The notes: generated by a model from the sequence alone, not told the origin. Counted from the first letter of the stretch, positions 48,820 through 57,435 are shown. The stretch: 64,000 nucleotides of DNA from Candidatus Gottesmanbacteria bacterium (GCA_023245335.1 JAHFKK010000001.1:427282-491281); one strand, 5' to 3'. Program-made: numbers and translations.

Positions 48820-48822
48820 AAT
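48794..48822 (+). promoter_or_regulatory. sigma70 promoter upstream of rny leader
   Basis: TTGACG-17 nt-TAAAAT overlapping the end of recX. Confidence 0.6.
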
Positions 48823-48829
48823 ACCTTTA

Positions 48830-48990
48830 TAGTCAGGAAATATTGTCCTGACCCATGCGAATTATCTCAAAGGTTCAGCAAAAAAAGCATCTGTAGGATT
48901 ATGACGATTCTTTCTCACAATTTTTCTCCTACATACTCGGCCGCCTAAATTTAGCGGCTCTTTTTGCTGGCTTCAGCGACAGTTCGTTCC
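48830..48990 (+). ncRNA. structured RNA upstream of rny (leader switch or 6S-like RNA candidate)
   Basis: Nested stems GCGAATT/AGTTCGT, CAGCAAAAAAAGC/GCTCTTTTTGCTG and TGTAGGA/TCCTACA, plus a 5' hairpin GTCAGGA/TCCTGAC. Confidence 0.4.
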
Positions 48991-49008
48991 TAAGAAAGGA
49001 TTTAACCT

Positions 49009-50559
49009 ATGTTAGACGTATTGAAGACCTTATCCGCTTTAGTGAAGCAAAAGCACCAACAACCTATACCTGCGCAGACGGTACGGCCTACCCAAGTTGC
49101 AGCGCAAAAAGAAGACAATAAACCGGCCAAGAAGGGTAAAAAGCAGCCACAGATAGTCGAACCCTCCGTAGATTTTGAAGCCCAGCGGAAGCTTGCAGAA
49201 GCACAGGGACGGGAGATCGTCCTGGAAGCCAAAGACGAAGCGCTCCGTATCCGGCGGGAAGCCGAGTTGGAAACCCGGAGACTTGAAGAAGACGTCCGGG
49301 CCCGTGAAATCGCAGCGGATCGTAAAGATGCAGCGCTTGTAGACCGGGAAAAACGGATATTGGATTCGGAAGATGCTAATCTCAAGAAACGTGAAGAAAT
49401 AGAGGCTCTTCGCAAAGAAACGCTCACAAAGCTCGAAAAAGTAGCTCATCTCACCCGAGATGAAGCCAAGGATCTCATCCTGACAGAACTTCGGAGTGAG
49501 CTTGCTGAAGATGTCGCCAAAGAGATCAAGGAAGCGGAAGCAAAAGCCAAGGAAGAAGCAGAAGCGAAGTCCCGGGAAATTTTGGTAGATGCCATGCGTC
49601 ATGGTGCTACAGATTACGTATCGGAGTACACAGTGTCCGTCATCAAAGTAACGGATGAAGAAGTCAAAGGTCGCATCATCGGGAAAGAAGGCCGCAACAT
49701 CCGGGCGTTTGAGACGGCAACCGGTGTCGACGTAGACCTGGATGAAGAAGGGGTGATCCGGCTTTCCAGCTTTGACCCGGTGCGCCGGGAAATCGCTCGG
49801 GTGACGCTTGAGCGGTTGCTTCGGGACGGCAGAGTACAGCCCGGACGTATCGAGGAACTCATCGAGCAAGTGAAGAAGGAGATTGACCGCATCATGTTCG
49901 AGGAAGGTCAGAAACTCTGTCATGCGGTCGGCGTATATAATCTCCCGCCGCCGCTTGTCGCGCTTCTGGGACGGTTCAAATACCGATATTCCTACGGTCA
50001 AAATATGATCGCGCACACGATGGAGGAAACCAAGATTGGTATCGCGATCGCTCAGGAAATCGGTGCGGACGTCAATGTCGTGCGATTGGGATGTCTCCTC
50101 CATGATATCGGGAAGATCGTCACGGAAAAGGAAGGAAACCATATCACGCTCGGCGTCGAGCTTTGCAAGAAATACGGTTTGCCGCAAAAGGTGATTGACT
50201 GTGTCGCGCAGCATCACGAAGACACGCCGTTCACCAGTTCCGAATCCATGATCGTCTACATAGCTGACGCCATATCCGGCAGCCGGCCTGGGGCGAGGTA
50301 CGAGAACTATGACGAATACGTCAAACGTTTGAAGGATCTGGAGGATATCGCCCGTAGCCACAAAGGCGTGACGGAATCATTTGCCTTTCAGGCAGGACGC
50401 GAAATCCGCGTCATCGTGGATCCTGGTCAGGTCGATGATGCCACAGCGGTCGTCATGGCAAAGGAAATCCGTGATGAAATCGCGAAAAAAGTCATCGTGC
50501 CAGGGTCAGTCAAAGTGACGGTCATCCGTGAGTTGCGGGCGACTGAAGTAGTGAAATAA
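49009..50559 (+). CDS. rny: ribonuclease Y
   Basis: Coiled coil, KH 'KGRIIGKEGRNIR', HD 'LLHDIGK', 'ADAISGSRPGAR', 'QAGREIRV'. Confidence 0.97.
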   Translation: MLDVLKTLSALVKQKHQQPIPAQTVRPTQVAAQKEDNKPAKKGKKQPQIVEPSVDFEAQRKLAEAQGREIVLEAKDEALRIRREAELETRRLEEDVRAREIAADRKDAALVDREKRILDSEDANLKKREEIEALRKETLTKLEKVAHLTRDEAKDLILTELRSELAEDVAKEIKEAEAKAKEEAEAKSREILVDAMRHGATDYVSEYTVSVIKVTDEEVKGRIIGKEGRNIRAFETATGVDVDLDEEGVIRLSSFDPVRREIARVTLERLLRDGRVQPGRIEELIEQVKKEIDRIMFEEGQKLCHAVGVYNLPPPLVALLGRFKYRYSYGQNMIAHTMEETKIGIAIAQEIGADVNVVRLGCLLHDIGKIVTEKEGNHITLGVELCKKYGLPQKVIDCVAQHHEDTPFTSSESMIVYIADAISGSRPGARYENYDEYVKRLKDLEDIARSHKGVTESFAFQAGREIRVIVDPGQVDDATAVVMAKEIRDEIAKKVIVPGSVKVTVIRELRATEVVK

Positions 50560-50570
50560 AGCAAAAACTC

Positions 50571-51302
50571 ATGAAGACTGCGGTCGTGACAGGCGCAAGT
50601 AGCGGGATAGGTGATGCAATCTGTAAAGAGTTGCTTAATTCGGGGTTCGTGGTATACGGAATTTCCCGAACGAGGCCGCAGTTCCGACATGCGAGTTTCC
50701 GATGGATTCAATTGGACCTTACCAAGACGCAGAATATACCCCGGACCGCCGCCCAAATATCCGAGACCTCGATAGACCTTTTGATAAATGCCGCCGGTAC
50801 GGCAGGGAAGCACACGGGTCTGGATTTCGATGAAAAAATCTTTCATCGGATTTTTGACCTTAATTTTCTCGCTCCTATCTATTTGGCGTCTTCATTAAAG
50901 AATAAATTGAAGCGGAGCCTCATCATCAATATATCTTCAACATCAGATAGAATCGCTGAACCGGGATATGCATTGTATTGCAGTTCGAAGGCCGCACTCA
51001 ACATGTATTTTGATGTTGTTTCCCTGGAACAAAAGAACTGTAAGGTAATAAGTATCCTGCCGGATTACGTCGATACGCCGCTTCTCCGGAAAGAAATCGG
51101 AAGCGAAGCGTTTGATTGGGATAAAACGATGAAACCGGAGCACGTTGCTTCGTTTGTCGGTTCAATTGTCGGAAATCACGCGCACATACCAACAGGTGCG
51201 CGGATCATGGTACTCAATACGGCAACCCTCGGATCATTTTCGAAAAAAGAATTGCTGTATGCATACAATGTCGATACAGATACACTGATTTCTTCACAAT
51301 AG
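50571..51302 (+). CDS. short-chain dehydrogenase/reductase
   Basis: 'TGASSGIG', 'INAAG', 'YCSSK'. Confidence 0.92.
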   Translation: MKTAVVTGASSGIGDAICKELLNSGFVVYGISRTRPQFRHASFRWIQLDLTKTQNIPRTAAQISETSIDLLINAAGTAGKHTGLDFDEKIFHRIFDLNFLAPIYLASSLKNKLKRSLIINISSTSDRIAEPGYALYCSSKAALNMYFDVVSLEQKNCKVISILPDYVDTPLLRKEIGSEAFDWDKTMKPEHVASFVGSIVGNHAHIPTGARIMVLNTATLGSFSKKELLYAYNVDTDTLISSQ

Positions 51303-51374
51303 GTTGTTTGTATGCCCCAAAGATTGTTATAGTTTCTATTTAGATTGTTATATTGCGATGTATTTAAATATACC

Positions 51375-51403
51375 TTGACACGACGCGCTGTATCTTCTAC
51401 AGT
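51375..51403 (+). promoter_or_regulatory. promoter of hup
   Basis: TTGACA-17 nt-TACAGT. Confidence 0.55.
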
Positions 51404-51484
51404 GGCTCATGGAGATTGTTGCAACAATCCCTTAATTTTTTTTCCTTGTCATAACCTTCTGCCCGAAGGAGGTGAATTCTACAA

Positions 51485-51757
51485 ATGACAAAAGCAGATC
51501 TCGTTGAAGTCGTTGCAAAAAAGGCCAATTTGACCGCAAAAGCAGCCCGTGAGGCTGTAGCTGCAGTTTTTGGCGCCGTCACCGACGCTTTGAAAAAAGG
51601 CGACAAGGTGGTGGTAACTGGTTTCGGAACATTTATGGTTCGAAGCCGGAAAGCACGTACCGGGCGAAACCCCCAAACAGGGGCCGCGATCAATATCCCG
51701 GCGCGCAAGACTCCTGGCTTTACCGCTGGGAAAGCACTCAAAAAAGTTGTCCGGTAA
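51485..51757 (+). CDS. hup: DNA-binding protein HU
   Basis: 'GFGTF', 'RKARTGRNPQTG', 'P.F.AGKALK'; strong SD AAGGAGGTGA. Confidence 0.97.
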   Translation: MTKADLVEVVAKKANLTAKAAREAVAAVFGAVTDALKKGDKVVVTGFGTFMVRSRKARTGRNPQTGAAINIPARKTPGFTAGKALKKVVR

Positions 51758-51776
51758 ACGGATTCTTTTTTCCAAT

Positions 51777-51812
51777 AAGGGACTCACTTTTTCTATAAGT
51801 CGAGTCTCTTTT
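51777..51812 (+). terminator. probable terminator after hup
   Basis: AAGGGACTC...GAGTCTCTTTT hairpin with T tail. Confidence 0.5.
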
Positions 51813-51834
51813 GGTTTTTTGGGAGAGAATACAG

Positions 51835-52113
51835 TTAACTTCGCGGCCGATACCGCTTATTCAGATTCCATGTAGAGGTGAGAGGAAGATCCCGATCGGG
51901 CGGCAATGGCGTCGGGTCTCTAAGTTCAACATATGTGGCCGACAGCGCTCCTGCTTCGAGCGCAACTGCTACAGGGATAAGGCCGTGAAAATAGTGACCT
52001 ATGACAAACAAAACCGCTGCGGATAAGCCCGTACCCAGTATGATTTGGTCATTATGTTCTTGGTATAGCTTTCTGAGACCCGTAGGAATAATGTCTTTTT
52101 CGCGACTATTCAT
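51835..52113 (-). CDS. small hypothetical membrane protein
   Basis: TGcTATAAT 13 nt upstream of ATG 52113; central hydrophobic segments. Confidence 0.45.
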   Translation of the reverse strand: MNSREKDIIPTGLRKLYQEHNDQIILGTGLSAAVLFVIGHYFHGLIPVAVALEAGALSATYVELRDPTPLPPDRDLPLTSTWNLNKRYRPRS

Positions 52114-52190
52114 ATAATGGATGCAGATTATAGCACGCTCTATGGCAATAGACTTGCACTGGCAGGGCAGATTACCTATACTAATCCTGT

Positions 52191-53039
52191 ATGCCACCCA
52201 AAGGGAAAAAGAAACGAGCATCACTGCATCTGGATTCATCCTCCGGCCAAATTAAAGAGGGAGAGATATCGGCGGAAGCGGCGGCAGTGACGAAGAGTGA
52301 GCCTCCCGTGCGACAGGTGGTGGAAGTGGTGGATGAACAAGAGGTTCCGGAAGCCATCGAAACGATCAAAAAAGATGCGGCGGAGATAGAAGAAGCGGCG
52401 TCAGATATAGAGGAAGAGGTGAAGGAACAGCGGGAACAGGAAGCGCCGGTAGAGGATACAGCGGATGTCACGCCGCAGCCGATGCGTGAAGAAGTCGTCG
52501 AAGACTCCAAAGGAAGCGTCGAGTCGCTCTTTATGAAAGCGACTTCCCCGGTGACTCCGGAGATTACCGTGGTCGGCAAGCGGGACAAGTCGCTCGGCGT
52601 CTGGGTCGGAGCGATGCTTGGGATAGCTTTAGCAATCGGCGTCTCCCTCATTCTTTTGGTTCGCGGGCCTTCCCATATTTCGTTATTTAAGCCGAAACCC
52701 ACACCCACGCCGACGCTTGCTCCCACTGCGACTCCGGCGCCTATGAGTGCTGTAAGCCGGAAAGACATAAAGGTGGCAGTAGTAAATGGCGGCGGGGTAG
52801 TCGGAGCCGGCAGTAAAATGAAGGCATTTTTAGAGAGTAAGGGGTATACCGTGAGCGGTGTTTCGAATGCCGATGCATATACATACGATCAAACAGAAAT
52901 TCATGTCAAAACCGGCAAAGATGCGGTCGCAAGCCTCCTGAGCGATGATCTCAAGTCTGATTACACACTTTCCTCATCATCCACGGCAACGATAGCTGAT
53001 AGCGCGGCATACGACGCGCAAGTCATCGTCGGAAAGTAG
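52191..53039 (+). CDS. LytR C-terminal domain-containing membrane protein
   Basis: Acidic N-terminus, one TM helix, PT-rich linker, 'V.V.NG.GV.GAG', 'GY.V..V.NAD', 'VIVGK'. Confidence 0.85.
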   Translation: MPPKGKKKRASLHLDSSSGQIKEGEISAEAAAVTKSEPPVRQVVEVVDEQEVPEAIETIKKDAAEIEEAASDIEEEVKEQREQEAPVEDTADVTPQPMREEVVEDSKGSVESLFMKATSPVTPEITVVGKRDKSLGVWVGAMLGIALAIGVSLILLVRGPSHISLFKPKPTPTPTLAPTATPAPMSAVSRKDIKVAVVNGGGVVGAGSKMKAFLESKGYTVSGVSNADAYTYDQTEIHVKTGKDAVASLLSDDLKSDYTLSSSSTATIADSAAYDAQVIVGK

Positions 53040-53093
53040 TAAGTTACCGCTTTTGAATTTCCCCTGCTCCATAAAACCCGTATAATTGTGCTC

Positions 53094-53846
53094 ATGCGGT
53101 ATAAGGCATTGTTTTTGGATGTGGACGGCACGCTTGTCTTCCACGGATTGGACAGCATACCAAGTCCCCGGGTGACCCGGGCAATCCTGGCCTGTGAACG
53201 GGCCGGCATTTCGGTAAGTCTTGCGACATCACGCCCCCCCCGGTCGGTACAAAAGGTTCTTTCGTATCTTCAACTGAGCGGCTATTGCGTGCTGGCAAGC
53301 GGCGCGCAGATTTACGATCCGCGGGCAAAGAAAGTGATCATCGAACAGCTGTTCCCGAAGTCCGCGATGACCCGTATTATCCGGGTAGCCGACGAATCAC
53401 AGGTACAAGTCAGTATTTATGACGGCACGAAAGAGTTTTTCTACGACGGCATCCATCCCCCGAAAAAAATTGTCGGTATGTGGTTTCCCGAACTCACACC
53501 GGAAGCGCTGCAGATTATCATGAAAAAACTTGTCGGGATCTCCGGCATATCGCTGCATCGCATGGACGCGTGGGACCGGAAATTTGAAAGCCTTGATATC
53601 GTCAATGAACACGCATCTAAGCTGCATGGCATTGTGGAGGTTGCCAAACTTCTAGGTGTGAAGACTCAAGAAATCATCGGCGTCGGGGACGGATATAATG
53701 ATTTTCCGCTCCTTATGGCCTCGGGGCTCAAAATTGCGATGGGCAATGCCGTGCCGGAGCTGAAGGCTATTGCCGACTTTGTCGCGCCGACCGTTGAGGA
53801 AGACGGTGTAGCCACAGTTATTGAGAAGTTTGTCCTGGGGCGCTAA
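53094..53846 (+). CDS. Cof-type HAD-IIB hydrolase
   Basis: 'DVDGTL', 'ATSR', 'SKLHG', 'GDGYND..L', 'AMGNA', 'EDGVA'. Confidence 0.93.
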   Translation: MRYKALFLDVDGTLVFHGLDSIPSPRVTRAILACERAGISVSLATSRPPRSVQKVLSYLQLSGYCVLASGAQIYDPRAKKVIIEQLFPKSAMTRIIRVADESQVQVSIYDGTKEFFYDGIHPPKKIVGMWFPELTPEALQIIMKKLVGISGISLHRMDAWDRKFESLDIVNEHASKLHGIVEVAKLLGVKTQEIIGVGDGYNDFPLLMASGLKIAMGNAVPELKAIADFVAPTVEEDGVATVIEKFVLGR

Positions 53847-53903
53847 ATTGGACTTCATACGTTATATTTTTTTGGTACAATAGGGGACAATGAAATACTT
53901 CAT

Positions 53904-53933
53904 CCCTCCTTCGTTAACACTACGGAGGGCAGG
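53904..53933. repeat. 30-nt REP-like palindrome inside a duplicated miaB 5' end
   Basis: CCCTCCTTCGTTAACACTACGGAGGGCAGG; a related copy in the opposite orientation lies at 59260-59287. Confidence 0.65.
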
Positions 53934-53942
53934 TAAAACAAT

Positions 53943-55211
53943 ATGAAATATTATATAAAGACGTTTGGTTGTGCGGCAAACGAGGCGGATAGCGAGCGGA
54001 TTGCGGCGTTTTATGAAGCCCGTGGGTACACCGCCGCGAAAACCATGAAGACCGCTGACGACGTCGTCATAAACACCTGCATGATACGACAGTCAGCGGA
54101 AAACAGGGTGTACGGCATCGTCTATAATCTCACCCAGGAGAAGGAAAAGGGTCGAAAAGTAAAGATTGTGGTGACCGGATGCATGGTGGGTATGGCGGCC
54201 CGCGAAAAAACCGGGAAAATGCTGTCGCTCCTTGCCAAAAAAATGCCCGGGGTAGATGAATTCCTTCCGATAGAGGAAGTAGGGTTTGATTTCGCACCGG
54301 TTCGGACAGATCCGCATCACGCGTGGGTGCCGATAGCCAATGGCTGCAATAATTTCTGTACGTTTTGCGTGGTGCCTTTCACCCGCGGGCGGGAAATCAG
54401 CCGACCGCTAGAAGAAATTATCGCTGAATGCAAAATGCTTGCGGAGAAAGGTATCGTGCACGTCACTCTCGTCGGGCAGAACGTCAATTCTTACGGGGCG
54501 GATTTACTGTTGGGGGCAGAAAATGTGCAGGTGATGCGGGACCTGCCTGATAAAAACTATTTCAACAACATGTCATCGCGAGCAAAGCGCAGTGAACCTG
54601 ATGCGGTTACGGGATTGCCTCGCCGTCAGAACGGTCTCGCAAGTACGTTTAAGCCCACGTACGTCAAACATTTGGGTCGTCTAAGAATCCCGACGTTATT
54701 TCCACAACTTCTCGCGGAAGTCGCAAAGATTGAGGGCATCAGATTAATCGACTTTATTTCCAGTAATCCCTGGGATTTTTCTGATGAACTTATAGAAGTC
54801 ATGGCGGCAAATGAAAAAATTTCCCATGATATTCATCTGCCGGTTCAGGCGGGGGATAATGAAGTACTTCGGCGAATGAACCGCTGGTATAGCCGCGAGG
54901 ATTATCTCACACTCGTTAGCAAGATTAAATCCGCGATGCCGGACGTACGGATTTCGACGGACATCATTGTCGGCTTTTGCGGTGAAACCAAGGAGCAGTT
55001 CCAAAACACGGTCAGGCTCGCGAAAAAAGTCGGATTCTCGAAAGCCTATGTCGCCATGTATTCGGATAGACCTATGACTGCGGCCCATAAAGCGTATACG
55101 GATGATGTGCCGCATACGGAGAAGAAACGGCGCTGGCAGGTTTTAGAGAACCTCATCAATAAAACGAATTTGCGGAAAGGCACGTATGCCAAAAGTATCC
55201 GATACGCATAA
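53943..55211 (+). CDS. miaB: MiaB-family tRNA methylthiotransferase (radical SAM), no TRAM domain
   Basis: 'TFGC..N..DSE', 'NTC', 'TGC', 'GCNNFCTFC.VP..RGRE.SR', 'HLPVQAG', 'DIIVGF.GET'; adjacent to miaA. Confidence 0.88.
   Translation: MKYYIKTFGCAANEADSERIAAFYEARGYTAAKTMKTADDVVINTCMIRQSAENRVYGIVYNLTQEKEKGRKVKIVVTGCMVGMAAREKTGKMLSLLAKKMPGVDEFLPIEEVGFDFAPVRTDPHHAWVPIANGCNNFCTFCVVPFTRGREISRPLEEIIAECKMLAEKGIVHVTLVGQNVNSYGADLLLGAENVQVMRDLPDKNYFNNMSSRAKRSEPDAVTGLPRRQNGLASTFKPTYVKHLGRLRIPTLFPQLLAEVAKIEGIRLIDFISSNPWDFSDELIEVMAANEKISHDIHLPVQAGDNEVLRRMNRWYSREDYLTLVSKIKSAMPDVRISTDIIVGFCGETKEQFQNTVRLAKKVGFSKAYVAMYSDRPMTAAHKAYTDDVPHTEKKRRWQVLENLINKTNLRKGTYAKSIRYA
54572..54646. repeat. degenerate REP-like palindrome inserted in-frame in miaB
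   Basis: GTCATCGCGAGCAAAGCG...GGGATTGCCTCGCCGTCAGAACGGTCTCGCAAGTAC, encoding 'SSRAKRSEPDAVTGLPRRQNGLAST'. Confidence 0.5.
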
Positions 55212-56079
55212 GCTTCTTATAATTAGCGGACCCACGGCGACGGGAAAAACCAAACTCGCTACTCATTTCGCTAAACGGTTTAACGGAGAGCTGATAAGCG
55301 CAGATTCGCGGCAGGTGTATAAGGGACTGGATGTCCTGACAGGAAAAGACACCAAGGAGCTCGCCGGTATTCCTGTTTGGTTATATGACGTAGTGGATAT
55401 GGGTGAGCAATTTAGTGTGTCTCTGTACCGGAAGCTTGCGATGAAAGCCATTGCCGATATCCGTGCACGGGGGAAATTGCCTATCATCGTTGGCGGGACC
55501 GGTTTGTATATCCGATCGATCATACATCCTCCTGAAACGATCAATATTCCTCCGGATACTATCTCCCGGCGTCGATGGGACGGGTTACCGGTCACTGATC
55601 TTCAGGACGAGTTACGCGGGCTGGATGCGAAGCGGTTTGCCCGGATGAATAATTCGGATGAGCAGAATCCCCGTCGGCTCATACGGGCTTTAGAGATTGC
55701 TAGGTGGCAAAAGAAATATAAAGGACCCAGAGTTTCCGAGCGTCCGTTTGATTGGTATTGGATCGGTTTAACGCGTGATATGGATGAACTAACGCATAGG
55801 ATCGCGATGCGGGTACAAGCCCGATGGGAAGAAGGGGCGCTTGAGGAGGTGCGGCGTTTCCCGATGGCTGTCGCGACAGGCATGAAAGCGTTACGTCGGT
55901 ATTTGAAAGGCGAGGTAACTAAAGAGGAAGCGCAGGCTGCATGGATACGGGAGGAAGTCTCCTACGCGAAGCGTCAGATGACCTGGTTTCGGAGAGAAGA
56001 GGGGATCCGCTGGTATGATGCGGGGGATGAGAATTTTATCCGTAAAGTAGAGACAGATGTCGAAGGATGGTATACTTGA
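55186..56079 (+). CDS. miaA: tRNA dimethylallyltransferase
   Basis: 'GPTATGKT', 'ISADSRQVY', 'VGGTGLY', 'RRLIRALE', 'YAKRQMTWF'. Confidence 0.96.
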   Translation: MPKVSDTHKLLIISGPTATGKTKLATHFAKRFNGELISADSRQVYKGLDVLTGKDTKELAGIPVWLYDVVDMGEQFSVSLYRKLAMKAIADIRARGKLPIIVGGTGLYIRSIIHPPETINIPPDTISRRRWDGLPVTDLQDELRGLDAKRFARMNNSDEQNPRRLIRALEIARWQKKYKGPRVSERPFDWYWIGLTRDMDELTHRIAMRVQARWEEGALEEVRRFPMAVATGMKALRRYLKGEVTKEEAQAAWIREEVSYAKRQMTWFRREEGIRWYDAGDENFIRKVETDVEGWYT

Positions 56080-56094
56080 GGTCGAGGCGTGCCT

Positions 56095-57072
56095 ATGCTA
56101 ACCAAAGTCGAGATTTCTCACCGGACGATCATATTTACTTTAGTACTTCTGGCCGGTTTGTGGCTCCTCCTGCAGATACGGGATATCCTGTTTCTACTTT
56201 TCATTTCGTTCATTCTCATGTCAGCACTTCAGCCAATCATTGATTGGTTTGAGGATCGCCGCATACCACGCGTGCTTTCTATCGTACTCATTTACGCAGT
56301 CGTGGTAGGAGGAATCGGAGCGGCTATTGCCGGTATGATTCCGACGCTCGCCGCCCAATCCGGTAAGCTGTTTACCGAAATACCGAATTTCTTAAATAGA
56401 ATGTTTCCGTATGTTTCCCTGGACGTGCAGGCACTTTCTCAACAAGTCGCCCCTGTTGGTGAAAACATCGTGAAGGTGACCGTCGGCGTGTTCACCAATT
56501 TCATTACGACGCTTACCGTCTTCACATTTACGTTTTATTTCTTGCTTGAGCGGGGAAATCTCAAGACTGCGATGTCCGGACTTCTCGGAGAAGGGATGGG
56601 AGACCGTATTTTTTCGATCCTCCTGCGGGTAGAAAAGCGATTAGGCGCATGGGTATTGGGAGAACTTATGCTCATGCTGTTTATCGGAACGCTGGTATAT
56701 ATAGGATTATTTTTTCTGCGGGTCGACTTTGCCCTGCCTCTGGCTATCATGGCAGGTCTTTTAGAAATCGTTCCGACCATAGGTCCTATTGTTTCAGCGG
56801 TGCCGGCCATACTGGTCGCGTTTTCTCATTCACCGATTCTCGCACTCACGGTGATCGCACTCTATATAGTCGTCCAGCAGGTGGAAAACAATATTGTTGT
56901 TCCATTGGTCATGCGAAGAAGCGTAGGACTTCCGCCCATACTGACAATCCTTGCCCTTATGATCGGGGGGAGATTTGCCGGAGTGACCGGAGCAATTCTT
57001 GCCGTACCGGTGCTTCTCACGCTTCAGGAGATCATTGCTTCTTTGGCGGCTCCTACTTCGTCCAAACGCTAA
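56095..57072 (+). CDS. AI-2E family transporter
   Basis: Multiple TM helices, 'LEIVPTIGP', 'QQVENN.VVP', 'GAILAVP'. Confidence 0.92.
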   Translation: MLTKVEISHRTIIFTLVLLAGLWLLLQIRDILFLLFISFILMSALQPIIDWFEDRRIPRVLSIVLIYAVVVGGIGAAIAGMIPTLAAQSGKLFTEIPNFLNRMFPYVSLDVQALSQQVAPVGENIVKVTVGVFTNFITTLTVFTFTFYFLLERGNLKTAMSGLLGEGMGDRIFSILLRVEKRLGAWVLGELMLMLFIGTLVYIGLFFLRVDFALPLAIMAGLLEIVPTIGPIVSAVPAILVAFSHSPILALTVIALYIVVQQVENNIVVPLVMRRSVGLPPILTILALMIGGRFAGVTGAILAVPVLLTLQEIIASLAAPTSSKR

Positions 57073-57435
57073 TGCACTTTTGGGAACCTCGTAAGCCAGA
57101 TTCTGTTTTTCCCGCCAAGGCGGGATAGATTCTCATTTCTCTAATGCCCGTAAACTTCGGTCCTTCCGAATGTGTGGTATAACGGACCATTCGCCGGTTG
57201 CAGCGGGTGGGATTGCCAACGTTTCACCCATCTACCATAGCCGTCAGGCTACAGGTTGACGATCGTCTCTGTGGCTCTCTCGTCCTGTCAATTCAGGATT
57301 TGTTCCCGGTACCTTTCGGTATCGGAACACCCGACCTTTCAGTGAGGAGCTTACGCTCCTTCCCCTCACATTCTGCTGTCTGGACTTTCCTCTCACGACT
57401 TTCGTCGGAGCGAGAATCCGGGTTCCCAAAGTGCA
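57073..57435 (-). ncRNA. rnpB: RNase P RNA
   Basis: Minus strand: P1 TGCACTTTGGGAACC/GGTTCCCAAAAGTGCA, GAGGAAAGTCC, AGAGCCACAGAGAC, GGTGAAAC, AGAAATGA, AAACAGAATCTGGCTTA. Confidence 0.93.

Noticed and set aside
49039-50361. 440-aa ORF antisense to rny (and similar long antisense ORFs over rpoB, rpoC and tuf)
   Set aside because: Shadow frames of well-conserved genes, with no recognisable motifs or initiation signals.
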